Shown here: piece by piece, positions 38,653 to 47,988 of the stretch | Layout of the letters: every line of letters starts with the position of its first letter | Numbering within the stretch: the stretch's first letter is position 1 | Source of the DNA: Candidatus Methylomirabilota bacterium | Lineage (GTDB): Bacteria; Methylomirabilota; Methylomirabilia; Rokubacteriales; CSP1-6 | DNA: 64,000 nucleotides | Direction: 5' to 3' | NCBI GenBank assembly: GCA_036002485.1 | Contig: DASYTI010000108.1 | Coordinates: 2,053 to 66,052, forward strand | Translations under genes and position numbers: made by a program | Notes under the pieces: generated by a model | Database searches by the model: none | Told to the model about the DNA's origin: nothing | The model's input: only the letters and a program-made list of their open reading frames with translations

Positions 38653-40497
38653 ATGATCGACACCAAGACGGCGGACAGGGAGCTTCAGACGTATATCCGC
38701 CCGCAGACCTTCCCCGTGGCCATTCGGATGCTCAAGCCCGGTGAGCCCATCCCGGAGCGTGCCAAGCGCCCGGCGCGCGACTTCAAGAAGCTCAGCATGT
38801 CCTGTCAGGTCATCGACATGTCGCGTCGATACGGCTGGATGATCGCCCTCACGCGCGAAGACCACATCTGCTCGCTCGGCATCACGGCCATCGGCTTCGA
38901 CAGGCCGCTGCCCATCTACAACGTGGGCACCCTCTGCGAAGGCATGTACACGGAGACCAAGGAGGCGGGCCAGCGCTCGGAGGCCGCCATCGACAAGTTC
39001 TCCCCCGGCGAGTACGAGACCCTCCTCGTCGCCCCCCTCGATCGCGCGACCTTCGAGCCGCACGTGGTCTGTATCTACGCCAACCCCGCCCAGGTCATGC
39101 GACTGACCCAGGCCGCGCTGTGGAAGCGCGGGGGGCGGCTCGCCTCGTCCTTCGAGGGACGCGCGGTGTGCGCCGACATCATCGTGACGACCATGCAGAC
39201 GGGCGAGCCGCAGGTGATCCTGCCGTGCTCCGGCGATCGCATCTTTGGCCAGACGCAAGACCACGAGATGGCCTTCTCCATCCCGTGGGCTCGCATGGAG
39301 GAGATCGTCGAAGGCCTACGCGGCACCCACAACGGCGGCATCCGCTATCCGATCACCCAGTTCATGGAGTACGAGGCCAGGCTGCCTCCGCGCTACATGG
39401 AGGTCAACCGGCTGTGGGACGTCGAGAAGGGCAAGGCGAGCCTGACCAACCGCGATCGCGTGGTGGCTGCCTACAAGCGCTCCTTCGCCGACCGCGTGCC
39501 CGTCTACCCCATCGTGGCGTCCTTCGCGGGCACCCTGGACGGGCTGAGCATCGAGGAGTACTGCACGAGTCCGACCAAGGCCATCACGGCCATGATGAAC
39601 TACTACGAGCGCTATCAGCCCGATGTGGTCCTCGCCTACAACGACCTGGCCAAGGAGGCCGAGGCCTTCGGCTGCAAGGTCAAGTACTCCGACTACGTGG
39701 TGCCCTCGATCGAGGGACACGTGCTCGAGGACAAGGCCAACCTGGCCGCCCTGCGCATGCCGGATCCCTACAAGACGGCGCGCCTCCCCGGCTTCATCGA
39801 GCAGTGCGAGGCCCTCGTCAAGGCCGCCCCGCCCGCCGCCATGGGCGCCGTGGCCGTCGGCCCCTGGACCATCGCCATGCTCCTGCGCAATCCGGAGATG
39901 ATGCTGCTCGACACCTTCGAGGACCCGAAGTTCATCCACGACCTCATGCGGGTGACCACGGACTTCTGCAAGGTGTGGGGGGATGCCATCGCCAAGACCA
40001 AGATCGGGCTCAGCTTCTCGGAGCCCACGGCGTCGATCAGCCTCATCTCACCCGACAACTACCGCGAGTTCATCGCGCCCTACCACAAGGAGCTGGTGGA
40101 GTACTTCAAGGCCAAGAAGGTGGGCCTGACCACCCACATCTGTGGCACGACCTATCCAATCTTCGAGGACATCATCGGGTGCGGCTTCACCACGGTGTCC
40201 TTCGACCTCGACCAGCAGTCGGATCCCAAGCTCCACGTCGACCAGCTCGAGCGCTTCGTGGAGATGGTCAAGGGCCGCGCCGTGGCCATCGGCAATGTGG
40301 ACGCCACGCGCTTCGAGAAGAGCACCAAGGAGGAGATGGAGGCCGACGTCCGTCGCTGTATCGACGCGGCGGCCAAGCATTCGGGGTTCATCCTGTCGAC
40401 GTCGTGCGAGATCCCACCGCGCTCGAGCCCCGAGATCGTGAAGTGGTTCATGGATGCGGCGCACGACTTCGGTCGCTACGAGAGAGTCCTCGGCTAG
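38653..40497 (+). CDS. Fusion protein: N-terminal DUF169 domain plus C-terminal uroporphyrinogen-decarboxylase (URO-D)/MtaA-like methyltransferase-family domain
   Basis: N-terminal ~260 aa are DUF169-like (...CIYANPAQVMRL...). C-terminal ~340 aa are URO-D/MtaA/CmuA-like (VYPIVASFAGTLDGLS..., GLTTHICGTTYPIFEDII). Confidence 0.65.
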   Translation: MIDTKTADRELQTYIRPQTFPVAIRMLKPGEPIPERAKRPARDFKKLSMSCQVIDMSRRYGWMIALTREDHICSLGITAIGFDRPLPIYNVGTLCEGMYTETKEAGQRSEAAIDKFSPGEYETLLVAPLDRATFEPHVVCIYANPAQVMRLTQAALWKRGGRLASSFEGRAVCADIIVTTMQTGEPQVILPCSGDRIFGQTQDHEMAFSIPWARMEEIVEGLRGTHNGGIRYPITQFMEYEARLPPRYMEVNRLWDVEKGKASLTNRDRVVAAYKRSFADRVPVYPIVASFAGTLDGLSIEEYCTSPTKAITAMMNYYERYQPDVVLAYNDLAKEAEAFGCKVKYSDYVVPSIEGHVLEDKANLAALRMPDPYKTARLPGFIEQCEALVKAAPPAAMGAVAVGPWTIAMLLRNPEMMLLDTFEDPKFIHDLMRVTTDFCKVWGDAIAKTKIGLSFSEPTASISLISPDNYREFIAPYHKELVEYFKAKKVGLTTHICGTTYPIFEDIIGCGFTTVSFDLDQQSDPKLHVDQLERFVEMVKGRAVAIGNVDATRFEKSTKEEMEADVRRCIDAAAKHSGFILSTSCEIPPRSSPEIVKWFMDAAHDFGRYERVLG

Positions 40498-40534
40498 ATC
40501 AGCTCAGCCCACGCGGGCGGCGGAAACACCAAGG

Positions 40535-40561
40535 GCGCGACGGGTGACCCGTCGCGCCCTT
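40535..40561. terminator. Bidirectional intrinsic terminator between convergent genes
   Basis: Perfect palindrome GGGCGCGACGGG-TGA-CCCGTCGCGCCC, followed by T-rich TTGCC. Confidence 0.5.
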
Positions 40562-40583
40562 GCCACTCACGCCCGGAGTCGTC

Positions 40584-40976
40584 TCACCACTTGAAGGGCT
40601 TCTTCGAGGGCGGAACACCGTAGGCGCCGCGATCCCCGCCTCCGAAACCCCCGCCCCCCCGGCCGCCCCCCCGGCCACCACCCCCGCCTCGACCACCGCC
40701 TCCGCGCGGCCCGCCGCCCGAGCCGGGAGCCTTGGGCGTCGAGAGATTGACCGTCAGCTTGCGACCGTCGAGGTCCTTGCCATTCAGCTCGGAGATGGCG
40801 CGCTGCGCCTCCTCGGCCGTGGCCATCTCGACGAAGCCGAAGCCGCGGGACTGACCGGAGAACTTGTCGGTGATCACCGCCGCCGATTCCACCGTGCCGC
40901 ACTGGGCGAAATATTCCCGGAGCGTCTCGCTCGTGGTCGAATACGAGAGCCCGCCGACGTAGAGTTTCGATGCCAT
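40584..40976 (-). CDS. RNA-binding protein with an RRM domain and Gly/Arg-rich C-terminal tail
   Basis: RNP2 (LYVGGL) and RNP1 (RGFGFVEM) motifs, then a GGGRGGGG repeat tail. Start taken at MASKLYVGGL. Confidence 0.8.
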   Translation of the reverse strand: MASKLYVGGLSYSTTSETLREYFAQCGTVESAAVITDKFSGQSRGFGFVEMATAEEAQRAISELNGKDLDGRKLTVNLSTPKAPGSGGGPRGGGGRGGGGGRGGGRGGGGFGGGDRGAYGVPPSKKPFKW

Positions 40977-41124
40977 CTGGATCTCCTTCTCTTGATCTTC
41001 CGCCTTGGTGCGCGCCCCAATACTCGGAAGAGCCAATATCGGAGGCGAGGGCGCCGGCTGCGGCGCTGACGGACTCAGTCTACACCATGCATGCGCGCGG
41101 CGGCCAGACGGGTTTCTCCTCCAC

Positions 41125-41340
41125 TCATGGCGTCATCCAGCCCGTCGCGCCTGGATGGTGATAGGCGCCGTCGCGGGTGGAGTCCTGAGGTGTTGGCTCG
41201 GGCTTGAGGGTCTTGGTCAGTGGGTCGCGGTGCTCGATAACCCGAAGCGTGGCCTCCGTGGCGGCGAGCAGCCCAACCAGCGCGACGCTCAGTCCGAGCG
41301 CCGCGGCGAGCAGGACAAGCTTCCCCCGAACGTCGCGCAT
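41125..41340 (-). CDS. Possible small single-TM protein (71 aa)
   Basis: ATG 5 nt after the stop of the receiver-like gene. Hydrophobic helix LVLLAAALGLSVALVGLLAA. Confidence 0.3.
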   Translation of the reverse strand: MRDVRGKLVLLAAALGLSVALVGLLAATEATLRVIEHRDPLTKTLKPEPTPQDSTRDGAYHHPGATGWMTP

Positions 41341-41345
41341 GGTCG

Positions 41346-41756
41346 CTATTGGCAGGCCGCCTTCACGGCGGCCGCCGCCCGTGCGGGTCGCGGCACGCTC
41401 ACCCGCACCGGCCGCTCGGCCTTGGCCAGGAGCTCCCGCACGTCGAAGGGTTGTCGCACCACCCGGAATCCGTGAAGCTCGTACTGCACCTGCTCGTCCA
41501 TCGCCCCGTCGGCATCGAGCCGGATGACCACGGGCACCCCGGGGATGACCGTGTCGAATAGCTTGGCCAGATCCAGGCCCGAGAGCCGCGCATGAGCCGC
41601 CTCGAGCAGAACCAGGGAGATCGGAGCATCGAGCAGGTGGCGAAGGCCGTCGCAGAAGTTGTCCGCGAAGCGAACCGCGATACCGTGCTTCAGACACTGG
41701 TTGCCGACCGTTTCGGCCAGGGCCTGATCCGTGTCCATCATCAGAATGCGTGTCAT
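41346..41756 (-). CDS. Atypical receiver-domain (pseudo-receiver) protein
   Basis: CheY-like fold (ILMMDTDQ...VLLE...), but Glu replaces Asp at the expected phospho-acceptor position. A possible sigma-54 -24/-12 element TGGCACcctacCTGCT lies upstream. Confidence 0.5.
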   Translation of the reverse strand: MTRILMMDTDQALAETVGNQCLKHGIAVRFADNFCDGLRHLLDAPISLVLLEAAHARLSGLDLAKLFDTVIPGVPVVIRLDADGAMDEQVQYELHGFRVVRQPFDVRELLAKAERPVRVSVPRPARAAAAVKAACQ

Positions 41757-41852
41757 CGGGAATCCTTTCTTTCTCTGTGAAATAACGCACAAGTATAGCA
41801 GGTAGGGTGCCAGTAGACCAAGCTCTCTAAGTCTTTGGTTCCGCAGGGGTGT

Positions 41853-43439
41853 CTAGACGGGTCTCAGGACGCGGCCGGGCAGGTTGCCGGTATGCTCCCC
41901 ATCCTTAATAACGGTGCGGCCATTGACGAGGACATGCGGGATGCCCGCCGCGTAGCGGTGAGGATCGTCGTAGGTCGCGAGGTCCAGGATGCGCTCGCGC
42001 GAGAAGGCCACGATGTCGGCCTTGGCCCCCTGCCTGATGACGCCCCGATCCCTGAGGCCCAGTCGCGCGGCGGGAAGCCCGGTCATCTTGTGTATCGCCG
42101 TCTCGAGCGAGAGCACGTGCTCGTCACGTGCGTAGCGGCCGAGCACCCGAGGGAAGGTGCCATAGCTCCGGGGATGGGGCTTGCCCTCGGCCATGGGACC
42201 GCTCGCCGCGAGCGACGAGCCGTCGGAGCCGATCATGACGCGCGGGTGGACCAGGGCACGGCGAAGGTCGGCCTCGTCGAGCTGGAAGAGAATGATATTG
42301 CCACGTCCTTTCTCTCTCTCGATCACATCGAAGGCGACCTCGACCGGGTCCTTGCCCCAGCGCTTCGCGATCTCGTCGAAGCGGAGGCCCTCAATTTCCG
42401 GACGTGACGGCGCGGAGGCGATCATGATGTCGCTCCACTCGAGGCCCCGGGCCAGGACGGGTCCCTGGGCCATGTCCGTCCGGATGCGCCCGCGCGTGGC
42501 GGGATCGCGGAGCCGGCCCAGCATGGCCTCGATGCCACCCTCGAGCACCCAGTCAGGCAGGAGCGTCCGGATGGTGGTGCTCGACGCGGTATATGGATAG
42601 ACGTCGGCCATGACGTCGAGGCCTTCGGTCCGCGCGGCATCGATCAGAGCGAGGGCGTCGCTGACTTTTCCCCAGTGAGCGCGTCCCGCGGCCTTGATGT
42701 GGCTCACCTGCACCGACAGTCCGCCCTCCCGTCCGACGCTGATGGCCTCGGCAATCGCGTCGAGGAGGGTGGCCCCTTCACCGCGGATGTGGCTCGCATA
42801 GAATCCTCCCGCGGCCGCGGCGCCCTTGGCGATTTCCACGATCTCGGCGGTCTCGGCATAGGAGCCGGGCGCATAGATGAGCCCGGTCGAGAGCCCGCGG
42901 GCGCCGTCGGCCATGGCGGCCTCCATGAGGCCCCGCATCATCGCCAGCTCCTTGGCGCTGGGCGGTCGCCGGGCGAAGCCCATGGCGGCCAGCCTCAGGG
43001 TGCCGTGACCGATCAGCTGCGCGACGTTGAGGGCGAGCCCTTCGTCCTCGTAGCGGCGAAGGAAGTCCTTGACCGAGCCCCAGGAGAAATCCATGCCGGG
43101 CGGAAGGTAGAGGGCGAAGCCCCGCATGTCCTCTCTGAACTCGGCGGATACGGGAGCGGGCGAGAACCCGCAATTGCCCACCACCTCAGTGGTCACTCCC
43201 TGGCGGATCTTGGACTCCGCGCGCCGATTGCCGAAGAGCCGCCAGTCCGAATGCGAGTGCATGTCGATGAAACCGGGGGCTACCATGAGGCCGGAGGCGT
43301 CCAGGGTCTGTCCCGCAGGCTCGCGCGCGAGGTCACCCACCGCCGCGATGCTCTCGCCGGTAATGCCGACATCCGCGCGCACCGCCGGCGTCCCCGTACC
43401 GTCGAAGACGTGGCCGCCCGTGATCTTGAGGTCAAGCAC
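41853..43439 (-). CDS. N-acyl-D-amino-acid deacylase (D-aminoacylase) family amidohydrolase
   Basis: Metal-binding HSHSD motif and amidohydrolase_3-like sequence. Likely GTG start at 43439 (8-nt overlap with the amidase gene). Confidence 0.75.
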   Translation of the reverse strand: MLDLKITGGHVFDGTGTPAVRADVGITGESIAAVGDLAREPAGQTLDASGLMVAPGFIDMHSHSDWRLFGNRRAESKIRQGVTTEVVGNCGFSPAPVSAEFREDMRGFALYLPPGMDFSWGSVKDFLRRYEDEGLALNVAQLIGHGTLRLAAMGFARRPPSAKELAMMRGLMEAAMADGARGLSTGLIYAPGSYAETAEIVEIAKGAAAAGGFYASHIRGEGATLLDAIAEAISVGREGGLSVQVSHIKAAGRAHWGKVSDALALIDAARTEGLDVMADVYPYTASSTTIRTLLPDWVLEGGIEAMLGRLRDPATRGRIRTDMAQGPVLARGLEWSDIMIASAPSRPEIEGLRFDEIAKRWGKDPVEVAFDVIEREKGRGNIILFQLDEADLRRALVHPRVMIGSDGSSLAASGPMAEGKPHPRSYGTFPRVLGRYARDEHVLSLETAIHKMTGLPAARLGLRDRGVIRQGAKADIVAFSRERILDLATYDDPHRYAAGIPHVLVNGRTVIKDGEHTGNLPGRVLRPV

Positions 43440-44778
43440 GTGGCGCTTCCTTGAAGCCGATGGCGCGCTCACACCACGCCGCGGCGGCGAAGAGGCGCGC
43501 CTCTGACCACGGAGCCCCCGTGAACTGGAAGGCAAAGGGCAGTCCGCTCGGCGCGAGTCCGGTGGGGAGGGAGATCGATGGCATGCCGGCGGAGCTCCAC
43601 GGCGCGCAGAAGGAGGCGTCGCCCGTGAAGGCCAGGCCCTTGGGCGCGGGGCCCGGCGCCGTCGGAGACACCAGCGCGTCGTAGCGCGAGGCGATGGCGG
43701 CCATGTCGGCGCGGAAGGCGCGGCGATGGGCCTGGGCGGCGAGATAGTCCACCGCCCTAACGGTTTGCCCGTCCTTGACGCGCTCGCCCAGGTGCACGGG
43801 ATACTCGGCAGCGTGGCGCGCGTAGAGATCGCGATGGAAAGCGGCCGCTTCCGCGCGCATCACCGTGTCGCCCGCCTCGGGGAGACCCTCGAAGGAGACC
43901 GCGAGTGGCGCGTCGTCGACCTGGGCGCCTGCCGCCCGGAGCGCCTTGAGCGTGGAGTCGATCTGCGCGCGATTCTCGGGCTCGGCCCGGTCGACGAGCG
44001 CGCGCAGCACCCCGAGCCGAGGCGCGGCGGGGGACGCGACGGCGCCGACATAGTCGCCGATGGGCATGGCGACGGAATGAGGATCGGCGGCATCGTGCCC
44101 GGCCATGATGGCGAGGGCCAGCGCCGCATCCTCGACGGAGCGGCACAGGACGCCGACATGATCCAGGCTCCACGCCAGCGGCACCACGCCGACGGCGCTG
44201 ATGCGCCCATGCGTCGGCTTGAAGCCCACGACGCCGCAGTAGGCGGCGGGCCGCAGCACCGAGCCCACCGTCTGGGTGCCCAGGGCGAGCGGGGCCATCC
44301 GGGACCCTACGACGGCTCCCGAGCCACTCGACGATCCGCCCGGCGTGTGCGCGGGATTCCACGGGTTCCCCGTCTCCGTCGGATCACGGAAGGCAAAGGC
44401 CGTCGTCGTGACCTTGCCGAGAATCACCGCGCCGGCCGCTCGCAGTCTGGCCACCGACACCGCATCGACGGTGGCCCGACGATGCGCCCACGGCCCCGCG
44501 CCGGCGGTCGTCACGAGACCCGCGGCGTCATAGATGTCCTTGAGGGCCACGGGGACGCCGTGGAGCGGGCCCATGAATCGCCCCTCGCGCGCCTCGATGT
44601 CCCGCTGCACGGCGACGCGCGCGGCGGCATCGCGGTCGAGATGCACCCAGGCCTTGAGAATGGGCTCGAGGGCGTCGATACGCTTGAGGCAGGCGGCCAG
44701 AAGATTGGAGGGCGACAGGGCGCCCGAGCGAATGCGGCGCGCCGCCTCGGCGGCGGTCACGTCATTGAGATCGGCCAT
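43432..44778 (-). CDS. Amidase (amidase-signature family)
   Basis: AS motif GGSSSGSGAVVG with Ser-cisSer-Lys catalytic-triad context. GGAGA RBS. Confidence 0.8.
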   Translation of the reverse strand: MADLNDVTAAEAARRIRSGALSPSNLLAACLKRIDALEPILKAWVHLDRDAAARVAVQRDIEAREGRFMGPLHGVPVALKDIYDAAGLVTTAGAGPWAHRRATVDAVSVARLRAAGAVILGKVTTTAFAFRDPTETGNPWNPAHTPGGSSSGSGAVVGSRMAPLALGTQTVGSVLRPAAYCGVVGFKPTHGRISAVGVVPLAWSLDHVGVLCRSVEDAALALAIMAGHDAADPHSVAMPIGDYVGAVASPAAPRLGVLRALVDRAEPENRAQIDSTLKALRAAGAQVDDAPLAVSFEGLPEAGDTVMRAEAAAFHRDLYARHAAEYPVHLGERVKDGQTVRAVDYLAAQAHRRAFRADMAAIASRYDALVSPTAPGPAPKGLAFTGDASFCAPWSSAGMPSISLPTGLAPSGLPFAFQFTGAPWSEARLFAAAAWCERAIGFKEAPRA

Positions 44779-44802
44779 GGAATCTCCTGCGTCGCGAGGT
44801 GA

Positions 44803-46644
44803 CTACTGAAGCGCGTCCAAGACTTCGGCCACGACTTCGAAGCGCCCGAAGGAAGGCATGAGATAGGCACCGGCATAGTGGCCCCGAAGGTGGCGAACGA
44901 GCTCCTGCGCGGTCTCGATCCCGACGCGAAGGCCCCGCTCGCCCGCCTCGCGCATGCGTCCACGGACGGCGTCGGGAATGGTGATTCCCGGCACCTCGTT
45001 GTGCAGGAACTCGGCATGACGGGATGAATGCAGCGGCAAGAGGCCCACGACCACCGGAATGGGTGGGCGCGTGCGAGCGAAGAACCGCTCCAGCACCTCC
45101 AGATCGTAGATCGGCTGCGTCTGGCACCAGCGGGCGCCCGCCTCGGCCTTGGCGAGGAAGCGCTCCATCTCCCGGGCAGGATCGGCCGCCGCGGGATCGA
45201 GGGCCGCTCCCACGCAGAACGCCGTGGGCTCGCCGACGGAGTTGCCCGTGGCATCCCGTCCCTCGTTCATCTCCGACAAGATGCGGATGAGCCCGATGGC
45301 GTCGACGTCGAACACCGCAGTGGCGTTGACGTAGTCGCCGCCCCGGGGCGGATCGCCCGTCATGGCCAGGATGTTCCTGATATCGAGGGCGTGAGCGCCG
45401 AGCACGTCGGCCTGGATGCCCATGAGGTTCCGGTCGCGACTCGTGAAGTGCATGTTGATGTCCAGCCCCGTGGCCTCGCGCACGAGAATGGCCGTGGGCA
45501 GCACCGACATGCGCACGCGTCCGAGGGAGCCGTCGTTGATGTCCACGATCTCGACCCCGCGCTCCTTGAGGAGCTTGGCCCCCTGGACGAGCTTCTCGAT
45601 ATTGTGCCCGCGCGGGGGATCGAGCTCGACCGTCACGAGGAACTCCCCCGCCTCGAGCTTGCGCTGCAGCAAGGTCGGGGCGGCCGTGGTGACGAGGGCC
45701 GGCGTCTCGCGTTCGATCCGCGCGCGTCGTGGCGCGGCCGTCCGGTCACTCCGGCTCGGCACGTGGCGATCCACCGCCTCTCGCATGGCGCGGATATGAT
45801 CGGCCGTGGTGCCGCAGCAGCCACCCAGGAGACGGGCGCCCGCTCCGATCATCCGCGCGGCGAACTCGGCCATGTAGGCGGGCGAGGAGACATAGATGAG
45901 TCGCTCGCCGATGCGCGAGGGCAGGCCGGCATTCGGCTGGATGCTCACGGGCAGCCCGCCCGCCTCGGGCAGCATCTGCTCGAGCACCTCGTACAGCGTG
46001 CTCGAGCCGACGGAGCAGTTGGCGCCGAGCCCCTGGATGGGCAGCTCGCGCAGCGTCCTCGTCACCTCGGCGGGTGTGCTGCCGAGGAACGTCACGTGAT
46101 CCTGGGTAAAGGCTACCGACGCGATGACGGGCAGATCAGTGATGGCCCGGATGGCCTCGACGGCAAGTCTCAGCTCCTGGAGGTCGGAGAAGGTCTCGAC
46201 CATGAAGGCGTCCACGCCGCCCTCCAGCAGCCCTTCGGCTTGCTCGGCGAAGGCGGCCCTCGCCTCCTCGCTCGTGATCGATCCCAGCGGGGCCAGGTAC
46301 TTCCCCAGCGGCCCGATGGAGCCGAGGACGAAGACGTCGCGGCCCAGGGTCTCGCGCACGTCCCGCGCCAGCTTGACGCCTCGCAAGTTGATCTCGCGCA
46401 CCTGCGCGGCGAGGCCGTGGACGCCCAGCTTGAAGCGATTGGCGCCGAAGGTATTCGTCTCGATCCAGTCGGCTCCGGCCTGGATGTACTCGGCGTGAAT
46501 GCCCTGGACGATCTTGGGCTCGTTGACGTTCAGCACATCGAAGCAGGCATCCAGCGGCACGCCACGCGCATACAGCATGGTGCCCATGGCGCCATCGCCC
46601 AGCAGTGGATGCTTGGCCAGCCGCTCGAGGAAGGGCGCGCTCAT
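44803..46644 (-). CDS. Bifunctional homocysteine S-methyltransferase-domain / 5,10-methylenetetrahydrofolate reductase (YitJ-like)
   Basis: N-terminal PF02574-type domain with Zn-site GGCCGT. C-terminal MetF domain (LVTVELDPPRG...). ATG at 46644. Confidence 0.8.
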   Translation of the reverse strand: MSAPFLERLAKHPLLGDGAMGTMLYARGVPLDACFDVLNVNEPKIVQGIHAEYIQAGADWIETNTFGANRFKLGVHGLAAQVREINLRGVKLARDVRETLGRDVFVLGSIGPLGKYLAPLGSITSEEARAAFAEQAEGLLEGGVDAFMVETFSDLQELRLAVEAIRAITDLPVIASVAFTQDHVTFLGSTPAEVTRTLRELPIQGLGANCSVGSSTLYEVLEQMLPEAGGLPVSIQPNAGLPSRIGERLIYVSSPAYMAEFAARMIGAGARLLGGCCGTTADHIRAMREAVDRHVPSRSDRTAAPRRARIERETPALVTTAAPTLLQRKLEAGEFLVTVELDPPRGHNIEKLVQGAKLLKERGVEIVDINDGSLGRVRMSVLPTAILVREATGLDINMHFTSRDRNLMGIQADVLGAHALDIRNILAMTGDPPRGGDYVNATAVFDVDAIGLIRILSEMNEGRDATGNSVGEPTAFCVGAALDPAAADPAREMERFLAKAEAGARWCQTQPIYDLEVLERFFARTRPPIPVVVGLLPLHSSRHAEFLHNEVPGITIPDAVRGRMREAGERGLRVGIETAQELVRHLRGHYAGAYLMPSFGRFEVVAEVLDALQ

Positions 46645-46645
46645 C

Positions 46646-47221
46646 TCACTCAGAAATTGATCCCTCTCCCCCCTTGGGGGAGAGGGCAGGGTGCGGGGGT
46701 CGGGCCCGCACACGAAGCGCCCTGAGCACCTCCGCCGCGACCTGGTCGGGGTTGAGGCGCGTCGTGTCCACACTCAGATCAGCCTTGGCGTAGAAGGGTT
46801 GGCGGGACTTGTAGAGCGTCTCGATCTCCTCGCGTGTCTTGCCTTGGAGCATCGGCCGATCGCCGCTTCTGAGCGCTCGCTCGCAGAGTGTCGGGAGATC
46901 GCCAGACAGCCAGACGACCGTGCCCAGGGCCTGGAGAGCTTCCACGCGCCCCTCCTGGCACGGCAACCCGCCGCCCGTGGCAATGACCTCTCCACGCTTG
47001 AGGGCGAGAAGCCGCACCGCCTCGTCCTCGAGGGCGCGGAAGTGCGGCTCGCCCTTCACCGTGAAGATCTCGGGGATGGGGCGCCCCTCCTTGGCGGTGA
47101 TCATGTCGTCGGTCTCGACGAAGCAGCGGCCCAGCCGCTTGGCCAGGAGCCTCCCGACCGAAGACTTGCCCGCTCCCATGAATCCCACGAGGATCACGTT
47201 GTCATCCATGTCACCGGCCAT
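46646..47221 (-). CDS. aroK: Shikimate kinase
   Basis: P-loop ILVGFMGAGKSSVGRLLA. A palindromic hairpin CCCTCTCCCCC-TTGG-GGGGGAGAGGG overlaps the 3' end. Confidence 0.8.
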   Translation of the reverse strand: MAGDMDDNVILVGFMGAGKSSVGRLLAKRLGRCFVETDDMITAKEGRPIPEIFTVKGEPHFRALEDEAVRLLALKRGEVIATGGGLPCQEGRVEALQALGTVVWLSGDLPTLCERALRSGDRPMLQGKTREEIETLYKSRQPFYAKADLSVDTTRLNPDQVAAEVLRALRVRARPPHPALSPKGGEGSISE

Positions 47222-47247
47222 CGTATCACCGGAAGTCGGTGATATCC

Positions 47248-47988
47248 CTATCGGTGCACGGTGGCGACGGCAGGGGCGCGGCGGTAGGCGCAGTCGCGCA
47301 TCCAGCAGCGCCGGCACTGGGTGAAGTAGTGGTCCACGCGGGCCTCGGGTCCGATGCCCACGAGGATCGAGATGCTCTTGCCGGGCGTCATGACACACGA
47401 GTCATTGAGCGTCACCCCGATGGGCTCGCCCGGGCAGAGGTGGAAGAGCGCGGCCTGCTCGGCCGTGTCCCAGCCCGCATAGCCAGGGCTGATTCGATTG
47501 GTGACCTTCAGGCCGGCGGGAAGCGCCGCCTGGCACAGGAGGTCATTTATGTATTCGGCCAGGCTCTCCACCGCCGCCGAGCCGACGCTGTCGAGCATCA
47601 CGGCGAGCGGGAGCTCGCGCTCCTCCCAGAGCGACCGCACGCGATCTTCGATGGCGGCGCCCACCGTGCAGATCCCCGCCCCCACCGCCTCCAGCACGCC
47701 CCACAGCCTGCTGATCTCGGGGATGTGCAGATCTTCACCGCCCGCCTGGATCAGATCGAGCCCTTGCCCGGTCACCCCCGCCGCGCGGTAGACGAAGCGC
47801 GGATCCATGAGCGATTCGCCGAGGGCCAGTGCCTCGTCGAAGAGCGCAAGCACGGTTGCATCCGGGATGTCGCGGCCCTTCTTGTAGCCCTGGAAGCGCA
47901 GGACGTCTTGGGGATCTACGCGGAGGGACAAGCAGCGGCGGTCGAGGGTGACGGGAACGGGCGAGCGGACGTCGAGCGCCGCGCTCAC
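47248..47988 (-). CDS. Stand-alone methionine-synthase reactivation (AdoMet-binding activation) domain protein
   Basis: Met_synt_B12-like with SAM motif RISPGYAGWD. The GTG start overlaps the TGA of the upstream HMT gene (GTGA). Confidence 0.7.
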   Translation of the reverse strand: MSAALDVRSPVPVTLDRRCLSLRVDPQDVLRFQGYKKGRDIPDATVLALFDEALALGESLMDPRFVYRAAGVTGQGLDLIQAGGEDLHIPEISRLWGVLEAVGAGICTVGAAIEDRVRSLWEERELPLAVMLDSVGSAAVESLAEYINDLLCQAALPAGLKVTNRISPGYAGWDTAEQAALFHLCPGEPIGVTLNDSCVMTPGKSISILVGIGPEARVDHYFTQCRRCWMRDCAYRRAPAVATVHR

